The translations under genes were made by a program, and so were the position numbers. The notes below the pieces were generated by a model. The model saw only the letters and a list, made by a program, of their open reading frames with translations, did no database searches and was not told where the DNA came from. Below, one piece after another: positions 36,049 through 48,523 of a stretch of DNA of 56,434 nucleotides. Location of the stretch: the NCBI GenBank assembly GCA_003344405.1, contig NOWV01000161.1, positions 124,001 to 180,434 on the forward strand, written 5' to 3'. Positions within the stretch are counted from its first letter, which is position 1. Each line of letters begins with the position of its first letter. Source of the DNA: Trichoplax sp. H2. Lineage: Eukaryota.

Positions 36049-39000
36049 TTAGGAGTCAATATGAATATCATTCGGCGTCGATACTGGTTCAATAGTTTCA
36101 TCGTTTATTATATTTATTTTAAGCGTATTGTCGACAGGATTGCCATTATCAGATGTAATAAAAGCAGCAGTGGGATTATCTGCTTGGTTAGTTACATTAG
36201 TCTGGGAAAAATTCTTGCTATTCTCAATTACAACTCCGCCTTCAGAAGAATCCGTGCCTTTTTCGATGCCAATATCGGTAACTCCAATATCACTGTTACT
36301 ATCATTTGCATTAAGATTTTCATTACTTTTGCTGGCTGTCAATAAATTCTCAGCAGAATTTTTAGCGGAAGTCAAGTGGGTTTGATTTTGTCCACCTTCC
36401 AGACCGTCGTCTTCTTGTGATGAAAAATCGCTCCATTTGATATCAAGTTCACTTAACTTTTCAGTAACTATTTTTTCTATACTTCGTCTTTTCATGTTAC
36501 GTTTTATCAGTTTCCTAAATACACGATCTAATCTTCTCGCAAATGTATTAACATCATCTTTTTTCAATCCAATAGCAGCAGCAGCTGTCAAGTATGCATA
36601 AGGGTAATTATTGTAATGGGATCCATAATTTTCAAATGTGACTGATCCTATTTGCTTTGTTACACCAGGGGCTATAGCTCTGACAAAAAATCGGTACATT
36701 TAGTAATGGCTAAAGAATGACTTAATAATTAATGAAATCTAGGTAATCTGTTCGTAAGTATCCATACCGAATAAAGATATGCACAAAAAAGGTATACAAC
36801 CACGTAATGTACTTATAATTTAGAAAAAAAAATACTATTTGACTTAATACCTTGCCCCAGAAATGTTTCGGGTAAAGAGCATTGACCCTAGTTCGGTTGC
36901 ATGTTTAGTAGGCATAGAAGATAATGTAATACCTATTGTTGGCGTGATAAGAGTGTAGGTTAGGAGTTACTAATCATTACAGCTAAGGTAACAACGCCAT
37001 GCCATTAAAATCAGCTAAAAAATTAGTACATCGGTCAGATACCTATAGATATTGCATTATTAGGGGTGACTAAAAGTCGTTCACCGTGAGCTGATGCGAC
37101 CTGTTGCAAGCGCTTTTGTAGATATCGATACATTCCCTAGAAAAAAAATTCGTTTCAATAATCATATAGTATAGCAAAAAGAATCTCATGTCCTGGCCAC
37201 AATATATATTTATATCTTTCCTTCGTTCTTTATATAGATATACAAATTTTAGAGTCTATTTGACGAAATATTTGTATAAGTAAGTAGTTGCAGTAGATCG
37301 CTTTGATCTGTAAGCCTTAAAGCTAGCATACTCACTTTTCGCTCTATCAGTGAATCCTTGAACCCTTCTACTCCCATTGATAGTAAAGTCACAAATAGAT
37401 CCATAACTGGAGCAGCTGACGCACGTCCTGAAATGATAATAAAAAACGTAATAGTTAATTAATGTCTGCACTTCTTTTCATTAACTGGAAATAAGTAATC
37501 CTATACCCGGATAAGTTTGGCTAATCTTGCTGATAAAACTGTCATCAAATCCTGCGATTACAGCTCCACCGACAGGAACCATAAAATTTTTGTCTGTGCT
37601 CTGAATAAATGCATCGAGCCTGCCAGAGCGTGCAGCCTTTTAAATAAAGTTTAAAAATAGTAGTAAATTAAGCAATTAATTTTCACAAACTGCCACTCTC
37701 AATAATATCAGTGTTCTACTATATTTATGTACTATGTACTGTATCTATATATTATATACTTATAAACCTGCTCTATTAGATGAGTGCATTTTGAAGACTG
37801 TAAACCATATGCATTATTAACTATGTGTGGAATCTCGAATTCCTTGCACAACTTGCCAATTGCTTCTAAACTATAAATTGTAAATTGAAATAAGATTATG
37901 TTTGATTCTCAAATTTCAATTCATGTCATGATCGTCATTGTGAACGGCGAAACCTTAATTTAGTTCAAAGCTATATTGCGTTAACATACTTTATGAAACT
38001 ATTACATAAGAATTAATACTTTATCGTACCTATCAGGAGCCCGTGGTGTAAAGCAACTTGTAGTAGTGTAAATACACAATATTTGTTCAGGCGGTATGCC
38101 TTTCAGATGTTTTTCTATCATCTGTACATCAGTTCTTAATTCATCTTCAACTAAAATATTCTCAATGACGATTGGTTCAAAGCCTATGAATGCAACATTA
38201 TCTCAGTTTACAATGACTGATTTTCAGATAGAACTATTTATAAAATTGTAGTATTTCATTAGAACGCTAAGTTATTCCTAAAGATATTCTTACCAGCTGT
38301 AAAAATAGCCTTAAAGCAAGATTTTTGATCTACTCTAGGCCAAATGATATACTTTGCTTCAGGTCTCATCTGTTTAATGGTTAGAAAGGTCAAAACCATA
38401 CTCATTCCAGTTGCCATAGGAACCACAATGCAGGAAGATGCACTCCGAACGCCTGTTACGATTTTAGAAAAGATTTTAATAGATAATTGTAGTAACGGCA
38501 TGAAAACAATATTTCATATCCACATGATCACACAGTAAAAATTGGAATTGCATTCAAGCTCCAGTAATAAGTACGGTTTATGTCATTGCAAGCTATCAGC
38601 ATAATACAGACTAGAGCAGCATAGGTAACACTAGTCATTATTGCAAATTAATGGGATCATTAATTCTACATATACACGTATATTAATAGCTAGCGTAACT
38701 TTAGTCTCAAGACAGGCATAGGAGATTGACCGGGTTGATGTAAATTGTAATACTATATCTGTATCGCATAATGCATCGAACGAAGACAAAGAGTATACTA
38801 ATGACTCTGATCTAGCTAATTAGCAATAGAGATCATTGGTTTACGGTTCGTAAAGTAATCCTATTATTGCTAATTATTAGCTCTGCTATCCCAACGGTAA
38901 GAAAGTCAACATGCGTATAAATGATGAAGCAAAAGTAAAGATATCCTGTATCTATACCTGCAATTCGAATGGCATCTAAAACCATTGCATTAGTTAGTTT

Positions 39001-42000
39001 CATCATTAGAGAAGATCCTGCAGCCTTTGGTTGTACGGCAGCAATATCGCCAGATCTTCCAATACCGTGGGCCAGTCTATCGTTATAATGATAATAATTA
39101 GCAATTTGTGTAAACAAAGACGTTGTTTACATCAAATACCAAATAGCGTAGACAGTAGCTATGAAATTATTTAAGGCATATTTATTAACATACCAGTATT
39201 GTCTGAGGTCTATAAAGAATAGTTACTGTACAGTGTTGAATAGGTACTTTCTTACGGTACAAGCTACAACTGATATTCATTGTGTACAGAATGACGGATA
39301 CGATAACAATTATAACTTCATAATTGAATTTAGAAATATAGAGAAATTCAACATCTGCCAAGTAATATGAGGCAAAATGATCTTTACTTATTTTTATAAC
39401 TGCTCATCTATTTTAGCGCTCAGTAATCATACAATATTCATTAATTAATAACCAAGGCTATTGTAACAATATTTATTATTTCTAATATGTTATATAATTA
39501 GTTTAATATTGTACCCATAATGTCTCTGAACAACAATAGGCGATGCAATTCTACCTTCTCTTTCTCCAATCCCAGCATTACCTATATTGGTGATATACGC
39601 GTAGTTTATCATGAACTGGTCAAGGCTCATTATGCTGAATAAAAAATGCGCATAAATATATTGCAATTTAAAAGATTAAGTACTGTACACAGCAAGCAGT
39701 ACTACGACTTTTGTTTTGTATCATTGCTGGCTTGGTAATTATTGAAATATTAAGATTGTACTTCAAATTTAAGAAATTGTTAATGTTGATGCAGTTTTAC
39801 AGACCTAAAAAATTATTGCTGTCCATCGTGGATATTTCGTTTAATAACATTTCGATTGTTGATCTATCCCATCCTTTGACCGGTAGCTTTTTCTACCATT
39901 ATTCAATCAACAGAAAGAATTAAATCGTTGGCAATAGATATATATATTTAAATTTAAAATAAGCAATTAATTAATAATTGGCGATAGTTATGTAGTGAAA
40001 AGATATTGTCTACATTAGCGGCGTAGTACGAAGTTAATCCCTTTATATTATATAAAAGAAAAGAGGGTTTTGTATATGACGGTTATAGAATCAAAGCGGA
40101 AAGGATATACTGTACCAACGAAAAAATTACTTTACTGTGTGTAACTGCTAATGTGGAATGCAATGTACCCTAGGGACTCATAATATGATATTACGGTATA
40201 ATTATTCTATCTGGTTATTTTAAGTGAACTTAGGAGCATTTATAGCGATAAATTTACGGCTATTATAATGATCATCCACGGCTGCTCGGTAGAGCGTCAC
40301 ATCTATACAATATACACTGGGCTAAATTATGAGCATATTCTTGCTCATCATTGAATGCATGACTTTGATCGCATTAGATTTTAAAAGAATACTTTCAGTA
40401 ATCCGGTTACAGTATCACGCCGTAATGCCTTGATTAAATTAGCGCTATTCCTCATTTTTAATTTATTCATTATTGAATATGAGCATATTAGATTACATTT
40501 ACGTTGTAAACATGACATACTTTTGGCACTGACTGTGCTATACTGTGAATTACGTGTACAGTATTTACATTGTTGCGGTAATTTTTTATTGATATTATTG
40601 GTAATTAAGAATGTTTCCACTAATTATAATCATCATTCTAGGCCTAATATCGAGCTTTGAAAAGCAATTGTAATGCTTTAAACGTGGTTTAATGGATGTT
40701 CATTCAAAGATGGTTATGTACTGTACGTGTACAGTATATGACGTTCATAGTGGTTGGACTGGATCATGAACCCCTCAAGCTCTCTAAAAAATAAGGCAAG
40801 AGCATGTACAAGAGTAGAAGCATTACGTGACTTTTGTGTCGAATGAATTAGCATACCGATATTAAACTATTTCGTAAGAGTAAATACTGTAAATTAATCT
40901 AGCGTACTATGTACAATTTTGATGTTGGTGAATAATTAAAATTATCGTTCAAGCAATTTAATATTAAGCGTTGTATCAGTGGCACACAGCTGGATTCAGG
41001 TTGATAATTATAATAGTTTCAATCTAGATGATATTAATTCATTCATAAAGGTAAGGTATTGCCTGGGGCGATTTAATCTATCGTGAAGATGCACTTAGAG
41101 GCTTTTGATGGCATGAAGAAACGACTAGAGACTATCGTTAATAGAAGACAATGGAGTACTTTGTTCCATAGTAGATTTTTGGTTATAACTGCGAGAGGTC
41201 TGGCATTGTTATTATTTGTTCTGTTGAATAATGATGGTTGTTAAAGTTCATCAATGTATTTGTTCAAAAAGCCATTAAGGTAAACTAAGTTGAGCAGTGG
41301 AGTAGCAGTGAATAAAGCAGTCTTTTCTTTTTTGTTGACGAGATAGGTTTTATTCTTTACCGTAAATCTGACAATGTAAGTTGTGGCATTAAAAATAGGA
41401 GACGTCGATAAGATTTCTGGTGGATATGCACGTACTATTCCATTTAATTAGTAATACACTATATCATAAAAAGAGATATTAATTAACATGAAATGGACCA
41501 AGTCTTAAAATGATTTTTATCGTTGTATATCGCCCCCCCCACCAAAAAAAGAGGAAGTAAAAGATGGTAGAATACAGTGATGGTAATTTTGGGACATATC
41601 TGGTGTTATCAAGTGTAATGTTTTTACTGCCGATGATACTATCTCAAGATTGAGTGACAAGGAGTGAATAAAATTGGCCATTGCTTATGATTGATCAATG
41701 CTAGAGAATACTGCCATTGATCAGATCCGATCATAGAAGCACGTCTAAATTACTTAATTAATCGATAACATGATCTGCGATAGTGAATATGTACAGCATG
41801 CAAACTAAAGAATGTATCATTGATGGCATAGCATTCTTTCTTATACAGATTATATCCTTTTTCTTGAATAAAGTATGTATGATTGTAAAACATATCATTC
41901 CTACGTATGAGTTACCATTTAGGTCTATAAACCATTTATGCGAGTACAACGATCATCATTGCAAGATAGGTTCAGCATTGGAGATGATTGAGTGCGAGGT

Positions 42001-42549
42001 TGCATCAATATTATAATCATTATTATTGTTAGTATGTATGCATTTGGTGTAACACAAGAGGGAGGTAGAAGGTAGGGGGCTGCCCCCAAATCGCTTGCTA
42101 TCCCTCTTGTCTATTTATTGATATCCTAGCTAAGAGAGGAGTATCTTGATTGACCTCATGTCAGTATTTTTAACATTAATCTGAGATGTTGACCATAGGA
42201 ATTTCACAAACATCCTCTATTGTTCTGCTTGATGTGAAGTATTATCAAATATATCATTGACAGTTTTCAGTGATTACTTTACGCTAGCTATCAAGTTAGA
42301 CGGAAGTATATACTTGGTTGGCTGTTCGAATGGTTCACTAAAACAGTGGTCACCTTTTGCGCTAATTTACCCATCAATGATACAACCCCAGTGGACAAGC
42401 AAAATGCAAACAACAATTTCAAGCAATGCACTTACATGTTCTAAGAGGATTTTAATGTAATTTTCATGAGACTTTCTCGATTGTTTTCCTTGCTCTACAT
42501 AAGTTGAAGGTAGGAAACGGCAAGCAAGAGCGAAATTTTCTACATTCAT
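36049..42549 (-). CDS. SEPSECS: O-phosphoseryl-tRNA(Sec) selenium transferase (SepSecS, SLA/LP), 12 coding exons
   Basis: Exons 42436-42549, 39805-39892, 39515-39581, 38958-39076, 38294-38452, 38030-38183, 37768-37870, 37507-37636, 37336-37427, 37043-37136, 36851-36932, 36049-36679. Motifs: [65 protein letters not shown]-lysine [42 protein letters not shown]. Confidence 0.97.
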
Positions 42550-42923
42550 ATTCTGTCATTCAAGTGGTAGAAGTAAGAGAAAATATTATTTTCAATGAAG
42601 AATTTTTCACTGCAATGGCGAATGCAAAGCGAGAGGGTTGGCCAAAGGTGGCAGTGAAGGCGAGCTGAGTGGTGCGTGTGTTGAGTAGAAAGTGAGTCGA
42701 CACTTTATAAACGTACTTACAGTATAGCGTACTGTACACTGTACAGTGTGCAGTAGTAGTACGCAGACCACAGTGTGTTCAACATGTCGAAAACTACTGT
42801 AGCATTCAGGAGATTTAGACTATAGTGTACACTGTATATCCGTATTTTCTATGGACAATACAGTATGTCTTTGCCAAGAAATCAGTCCAATCCTCTCCTC
42901 ACGCCATACTGTACAGTACCAGG

Positions 42924-43534
42924 TCAGACTGGACTCTGCAAGCTAGTACTAATGTACTGATTTTGTCTGGGCCTCAAGATTGTTTGTACTGTAGGTCAAC
43001 CGTCCGTCCGTCTGGTCTAGTACACAGTGTACAGTGCAATCGAGGAGAGAGTTCAGTATGAAAGAGGCAAATTAAGCTTTACAAATTCTTTCAGGCATTT
43101 GATTATTTCTCGTTGAATTCTACTTTGAATTGTCTATTTTAAAAAAGAGGCAAAAGAAGCAAATTGAGCTTAACAAATTCTTTCAGGTATTTGATTATTT
43201 CTCGTTGAATTCCATTTTGAATTGTCTATTTTAATGTCTTGGCAATTTTTCATTGATTTAAGGACCTCAGGCTGAACTCTGCAAGCTAGTACTGTACAGT
43301 GTACAGTACTGATTTTGTCTGGGCCTCAAGATTGTTTGTACTGTAGGTCTGTTGGACGTCCGTCTGGTCTCCTACACACTGTACACTGTACAGTGGAATC
43401 GAGGAGAGAGAGTTCAGTATGAAAGAGGCAAATTGAGCTTTACAAATTCTTTCAGGCATTTGATTATTTCTCGTTGAATTCCATATTAAATTGTCTATTT
43501 TAATGTCTTGGCAATTTTTCATTGATTTAAGGAC
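42924..43534. repeat. Recent tandem duplication in the SEPSECS/PWWP2 divergent intergenic region
   Basis: Copy 1 is 42924-43265 and copy 2 is 43267-43534, with long identical tracts ('gtactgattttgtctgggcctcaagattgtttgtactgtaggtc'). Copy 1 has an extra internal ~85-bp repeat, so 'acaaattctttcagg(c/t)atttgattatttctcgttgaattc' occurs three times. Confidence 0.92.
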
Positions 43535-44907
43535 TTGGCTGTACTACTGTAGTTAGTGAGTGAGCAAGACTCTTTTTGGAAGACCTCAATGATAGTCAAC
43601 TCTTACTTTTTGTACACTACAGCATATTGTTATTGAAGATACACATACAGTAAACTAGACGTACAATACTGGAAGATTTTGAGAGCAATTTTACTTGACA
43701 GGTCCCTAAAACAGCGTTCATGCCTCGTAGAGTACTATATGACATCTCCTGTATTCTTGATAGCCTTGTATGACTCAGAGACTTGATAATAAAAGGACTT
43801 TTGCGTCTCTGCTGTGATACTGTAAACTACGAAATCATTTCAATATTGAAATGTTTTGATAATCATCGTATGTTAATTTCTTGACATCTTGGCAAGATTT
43901 GAGCCTTCAGCGGCTACTTTTATTTCAAAATAGGTAAAGTTGGCAGTAATTCTTGACTACTGTACAAAGTGCTTTGTTTGGAAAGTGATATATCATTAGT
44001 CTTGAAATTGACTTAAAATGATTCTAATTCATGATTGTCTCTAATTATACATATATATCTATAAATATTATAGCATTGTTGTTACTATATTATTGTTATT
44101 ATTTATTTTAATTACACCATGTTTAAATCCAACTACTCAGCCATAAAATAGTCAATTTCTCATCCAATAAGATGGATATAAAGAGTAAAACTCAATACAA
44201 TGACTGAGTGCTTGAAATTGGCCAAATAGGATACACTATCAAAATAGTCCAACACCAGGCTCTTCTATCGTCAAAATGCTCCCGAAATACCCCTAGGAAA
44301 TGAGATTGCTTTTGCAGGCGAGGAAGAATCGTTGTGTCAACGCTAAACGCGTTGTTACGCTATAATACTGTACTATCGCATAGAGACGATTGGAAGCGTA
44401 TCCTCAGTCAGACCCCGAGATTATGGACGGACAGAATCCATCCGACGCCCATCATTGTGTTTGGTTGAAAGCGGGTAGTAGTGGGTTTACGGAAGAACAA
44501 AAATTTTCTTTTTCCTTTATAGCCTGTTGTAAAGGTGTACCAGATTGGAAAATAGAATACACTACAGCACTATGCTTGCTATGTAAGAAATTCTGTTAAG
44601 GCAACAAGATAGTTTACTGAGTGAGAATCCATATTTCCAACCAGGTTATTCGACCATCTTGATCATTTCGCATCCTATACAAAACGCTATCAATCCATCG
44701 GTCGTTCGGTAGAACAGCCTATCAGGGGACTGAGGAGAGTAGAGCAGACTCAGTACGAGGAACGATCAAATTGACTGATTTTCACTTGAGCATAACATTA
44801 CTTGCTATTAGTGCATACAAATCCTCTTCACGCTGTGGAGTACACGAGCACAACTGACTAGACTGTTTGGCTTAGCTTGGAGACGATTTCCATTTCAATT
44901 TTTCAAA

Positions 44908-47658
44908 ATGGAAAATCAAAAGCTCGAGGTAGGAAGCACTGCCGAGGTTAAAGTAGACCAGAAGGACAACGCTGTCATTGTCGTTTCTTTAAATTATCAT
45001 GGCGATACTTACCGTGGAGTATTAATTAATACAACCAGCACAATACAAGCTGTTACCAGCAGGTACGTAATAAATGAATATTACTATACAGGTTATTTAC
45101 TACATGCCAATCCAGAATCAGATCGATTAATAATAATATGAATTCACTTGATTGGACTGCGCTATGGATATGATGCTATTAGATCGATTGGATATTGCTC
45201 TGATAGTCCAGTAACTTTGCTAATCAATGATCCAAATGATGTAGGCCTATGAAATTAATTGATGACCAACTGTAGAGTTGCTATTTCGTTTTGTAGTTTA
45301 TGCTTACATTCAATTCCTGCTTTCGGTATCTTACCCTTATTCAACAAGTCAACATGGGTAGTGAACCCGGTAAGATAGGCAGATTTAAAAAAAAATTTTT
45401 CCTAAATCCTCTAGGATAGGACAAGGGTGAATGACCTTAGAAAATGACTTAGTTCCGATTACATTCAAACAAGTCATAAAGTGTGTCATTAGTTTGTTAA
45501 GAGATCATAATATCGATCAAATTATGATCGATCATCTGTTATCTTAGTCCAATGTTTAACTTTAACTTAAGAATGGTAGCTCAATGTCGATATCAAGACG
45601 AATAACCTTTTAACTGTGTTTGCTGTGTATTGGCTAAAGGCTATTAATTATGTTGCTGAAGATTAGCCAATGATGTACTTGATAGTACTGTACTCATCTA
45701 AATTATCCGAACTTGTAACAAGTAATTATGTTAACGATATGCAGCAATCTGCATTACTACCATCAAAAGGTCAATTACCTTGATACAGGAATGGTGAAGA
45801 AGTTTTCTTTATGCATTTATCCTGACTGCTTTGACTGTGGATCCGTCTCTACTTGTTGTAATTATAATGAATGAGTTAGTATACTGGTTAAAATAAGTGG
45901 AGAAAGCCAAATTATTCTACTCTAGTCATGTAGATAGTAAACGCAGAAAGAAGATGTATGCGTATGTAGAAATGATTAATTATTGTAAGTCGGTAACTGA
46001 TCATTGCTTTACTTGTGTGCCTGTATACAGTACTGTATGCGTACTGTATGTCTATCAAGTAGATTTGCGCTATCTCAACCACTTAGAACGGCCGATGAAA
46101 TACAGAATATTCTTGAATATCAGCCTGTTTTTACTGTTAGTCATGTCTCTTTGTCCGCAAAATTTATACATACAGCCTTTAACAGTCCATAACAAACATT
46201 CGCGTAAAAATGGAGCAATGATTAATCCACATATTTTATAGCAAAAAATTGTGGTATTATGACGCTGAAATACGACAACGTGCTCCAAAATTAAAAGTTA
46301 AAGCTAAACAAATTAATATACACGTATTGACCAACTTTCTTTTAGGATTTCGGTCCCTGCTTTATCCAAGAGACCTAAACCATTTCTTTGTAATACTGGT
46401 CATGAATTATGGTCTAATAGCCAATTGGGCGGTCAAACTTGTACTGAAATAACCACAGAAAATAATATAAAGATAGAAAAAGATAGCAAGTTTAGTCAAA
46501 ATAACAAAATTACGGGTAGGTTCATACCTTTACATAATTATAGAAATATTACAACCTAATGACGTTACCTGTTCTACTGCTTTAAACGTTCATAAAGTTG
46601 ATATTGTGTCGAGCAATATTGAAATTGAAATACTTAATGTTGCCTTATTAGGATTAACTGAGAATACTACAAAGGCACTCAATGAAGTAAAAGAGACGAT
46701 ATCTAGCAGTCATAGCAAACAGGCGATAGCTGATAGCACTAAAGACGAACAAATCACTTCACAGCAAAATGCTAATTTGACTTATAGCATCCAGGAAAAT
46801 AGTTTCAATACGCGGCAAAATATATCCCAAGTTAATGGCCAATCTGAGAGCTTGTTAGTTAACGATCACTCTTCAAAAGATATGCAGTGTACTAATAAAC
46901 GTATGCTATATGAAACAAACAGAGCGAGCAATATCACTAATCATGATGGCAATGATAATGAAGTATCCTGTCATAGCGGTGGTAGTAACAGCACCAATTC
47001 AAGTAGCAATAGGAGAAAAATGGCTAACATTAATAATAGGTATTGTCAGGGATATCATGAAATTCATAGCCAAAATAATGGACTGTCATCAAAAAGAAGG
47101 CGCCGAAGCCCGAAATTTACATCTACTTATTATTTAGCATCATCAAAGAAATCTGCTTCTATAGGCAATAGCACAATGACTAATAGTAAGATGCCCGGAC
47201 ATACTGTCGATGATATATGTAACAAGTTACATGCTGTGGCCCATTCGAAAAGAAAAAACGGTAGTGATAATCGATGCGGAACAGAAAAGAAAGTTAAGGG
47301 AATGAAAATTATAAATAGTGATAATAGTAAGACTACAGTAAAATATGATCCGAGTTGTCGCACTTTTCAAGTTGGTGATATCGTTTGGGGTAAAGTACAG
47401 GGGCATCCATGGTGGCCAGGTCGGATTGTATCACTCGATGCAACGGTTGAAGAACAACATTTGTATCCGTGTAAAGCTGTTGTTGCTTGGTATAATTCCA
47501 ATACTTGCTCAATTATATCAGCAAGAAGATTGTACGATTTCGATGAAAGTTATGACTTACGGCACATGCCTAAACGGCGTGGTGCTTATCAGAAAGCTGT
47601 CGAAGATGCCTTACTTGCTAGTCGGCAACAACAATCATTTAATGTAGTAGCTAACTGA
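44908..47658 (+). CDS. PWWP domain-containing protein, PWWP2-like (internal exon structure partly uncertain)
   Basis: Exon 1 44908-45062 (VVSLNYHGDTYRGVLI resembles the PWWP2A/B N-terminal motif). Probable exons 46063-46135 and 46346-46515. Last exon 46652-47658 has a C-terminal PWWP domain: FQVGDIVWGKVQGHPWWPGRI...VAWYNSNTCS...RRGAYQKAVEDA. Confidence 0.8.
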
Positions 47659-48523
47659 TTAACTGATTCCGTATATAAAGTTACGTACGTATACTGTATG
47701 TAGAATAAAAAAATTTGAAAGCGAGTTTTCTACTAATCAATTGAATGTATGTTATGACTACTAACTAATACGATATGTATAAAGAAAAAATTCTGCAAAT
47801 GATAATGGTGTAATAAACAGTAACATCTTGGCGTTAATTAATAAGAAATAGCTATCAGCCAAGCTGAAGCATCTTACGTTACCTAAAACTTGATATTTAT
47901 TAGTTCTTGCAGTATTTGTTCATTGCGTAATTTGTTAAATATTATTATAGCATATATATCAGATAAGTTACTAAAGTATTTTTGAAATACTAGCTCTGTA
48001 TAAAGTCACTATTGTATAATATAAATATCCTGTAGAATTCCCTTCTTTTCTCATCGTCTGCCGCATATGGTGTTATACTGTAATATATGATGTATGTATA
48101 GTATTTGCAATTCTGTTGATCAATTGAGCTTAGAAATAAAAGATATTCATCAGATTTAAGAGTTATTACAGAGTTGAACAACAAATATTTTATTAAATTA
48201 AATTTGTTCGAAAAGATACATATTACTTTCAAAGGTTTAGAGAACATAATAACGCAATAAGTATTACTGTACTGCGTGCTTCCTTTAACTATTCTACTGT
48301 ATAACATATACAAAATGAAAATTACAGGTTGTTTTATTACAGTCTGTAAATAATGACAAAAGTTCATTTTGTTATATAGATCGATATCGTAGGAATCACT
48401 TTAAAACTCATGATCTTAAAAAGCTATTTATTCGCCTTTATCAAATGCTGAAGTATTTAATGTAGTAATTTTATGGTATTGTTTACAACATACAATAATA
48501 AATATATCGATGATTGGAATAGG

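Noticed and set aside
36001-36385. + strand ORFs overlapping the last SEPSECS exon
   Set aside because: Antisense shadows of the coding exon.
26243-42549. tRNA-Sec gene, SECIS element or selenoprotein near the Sec genes
   Set aside because: I saw no tRNA-Sec-like sequence, and none of the reconstructed genes needs an in-frame TGA. A Secmarker/SECISearch run would be needed to exclude these formally.
47990-48367. 125-aa minus-strand ORF between PWWP2 and TTC1
   Set aside because: I/Y/F/N-rich composition typical of random AT-rich UTR sequence.
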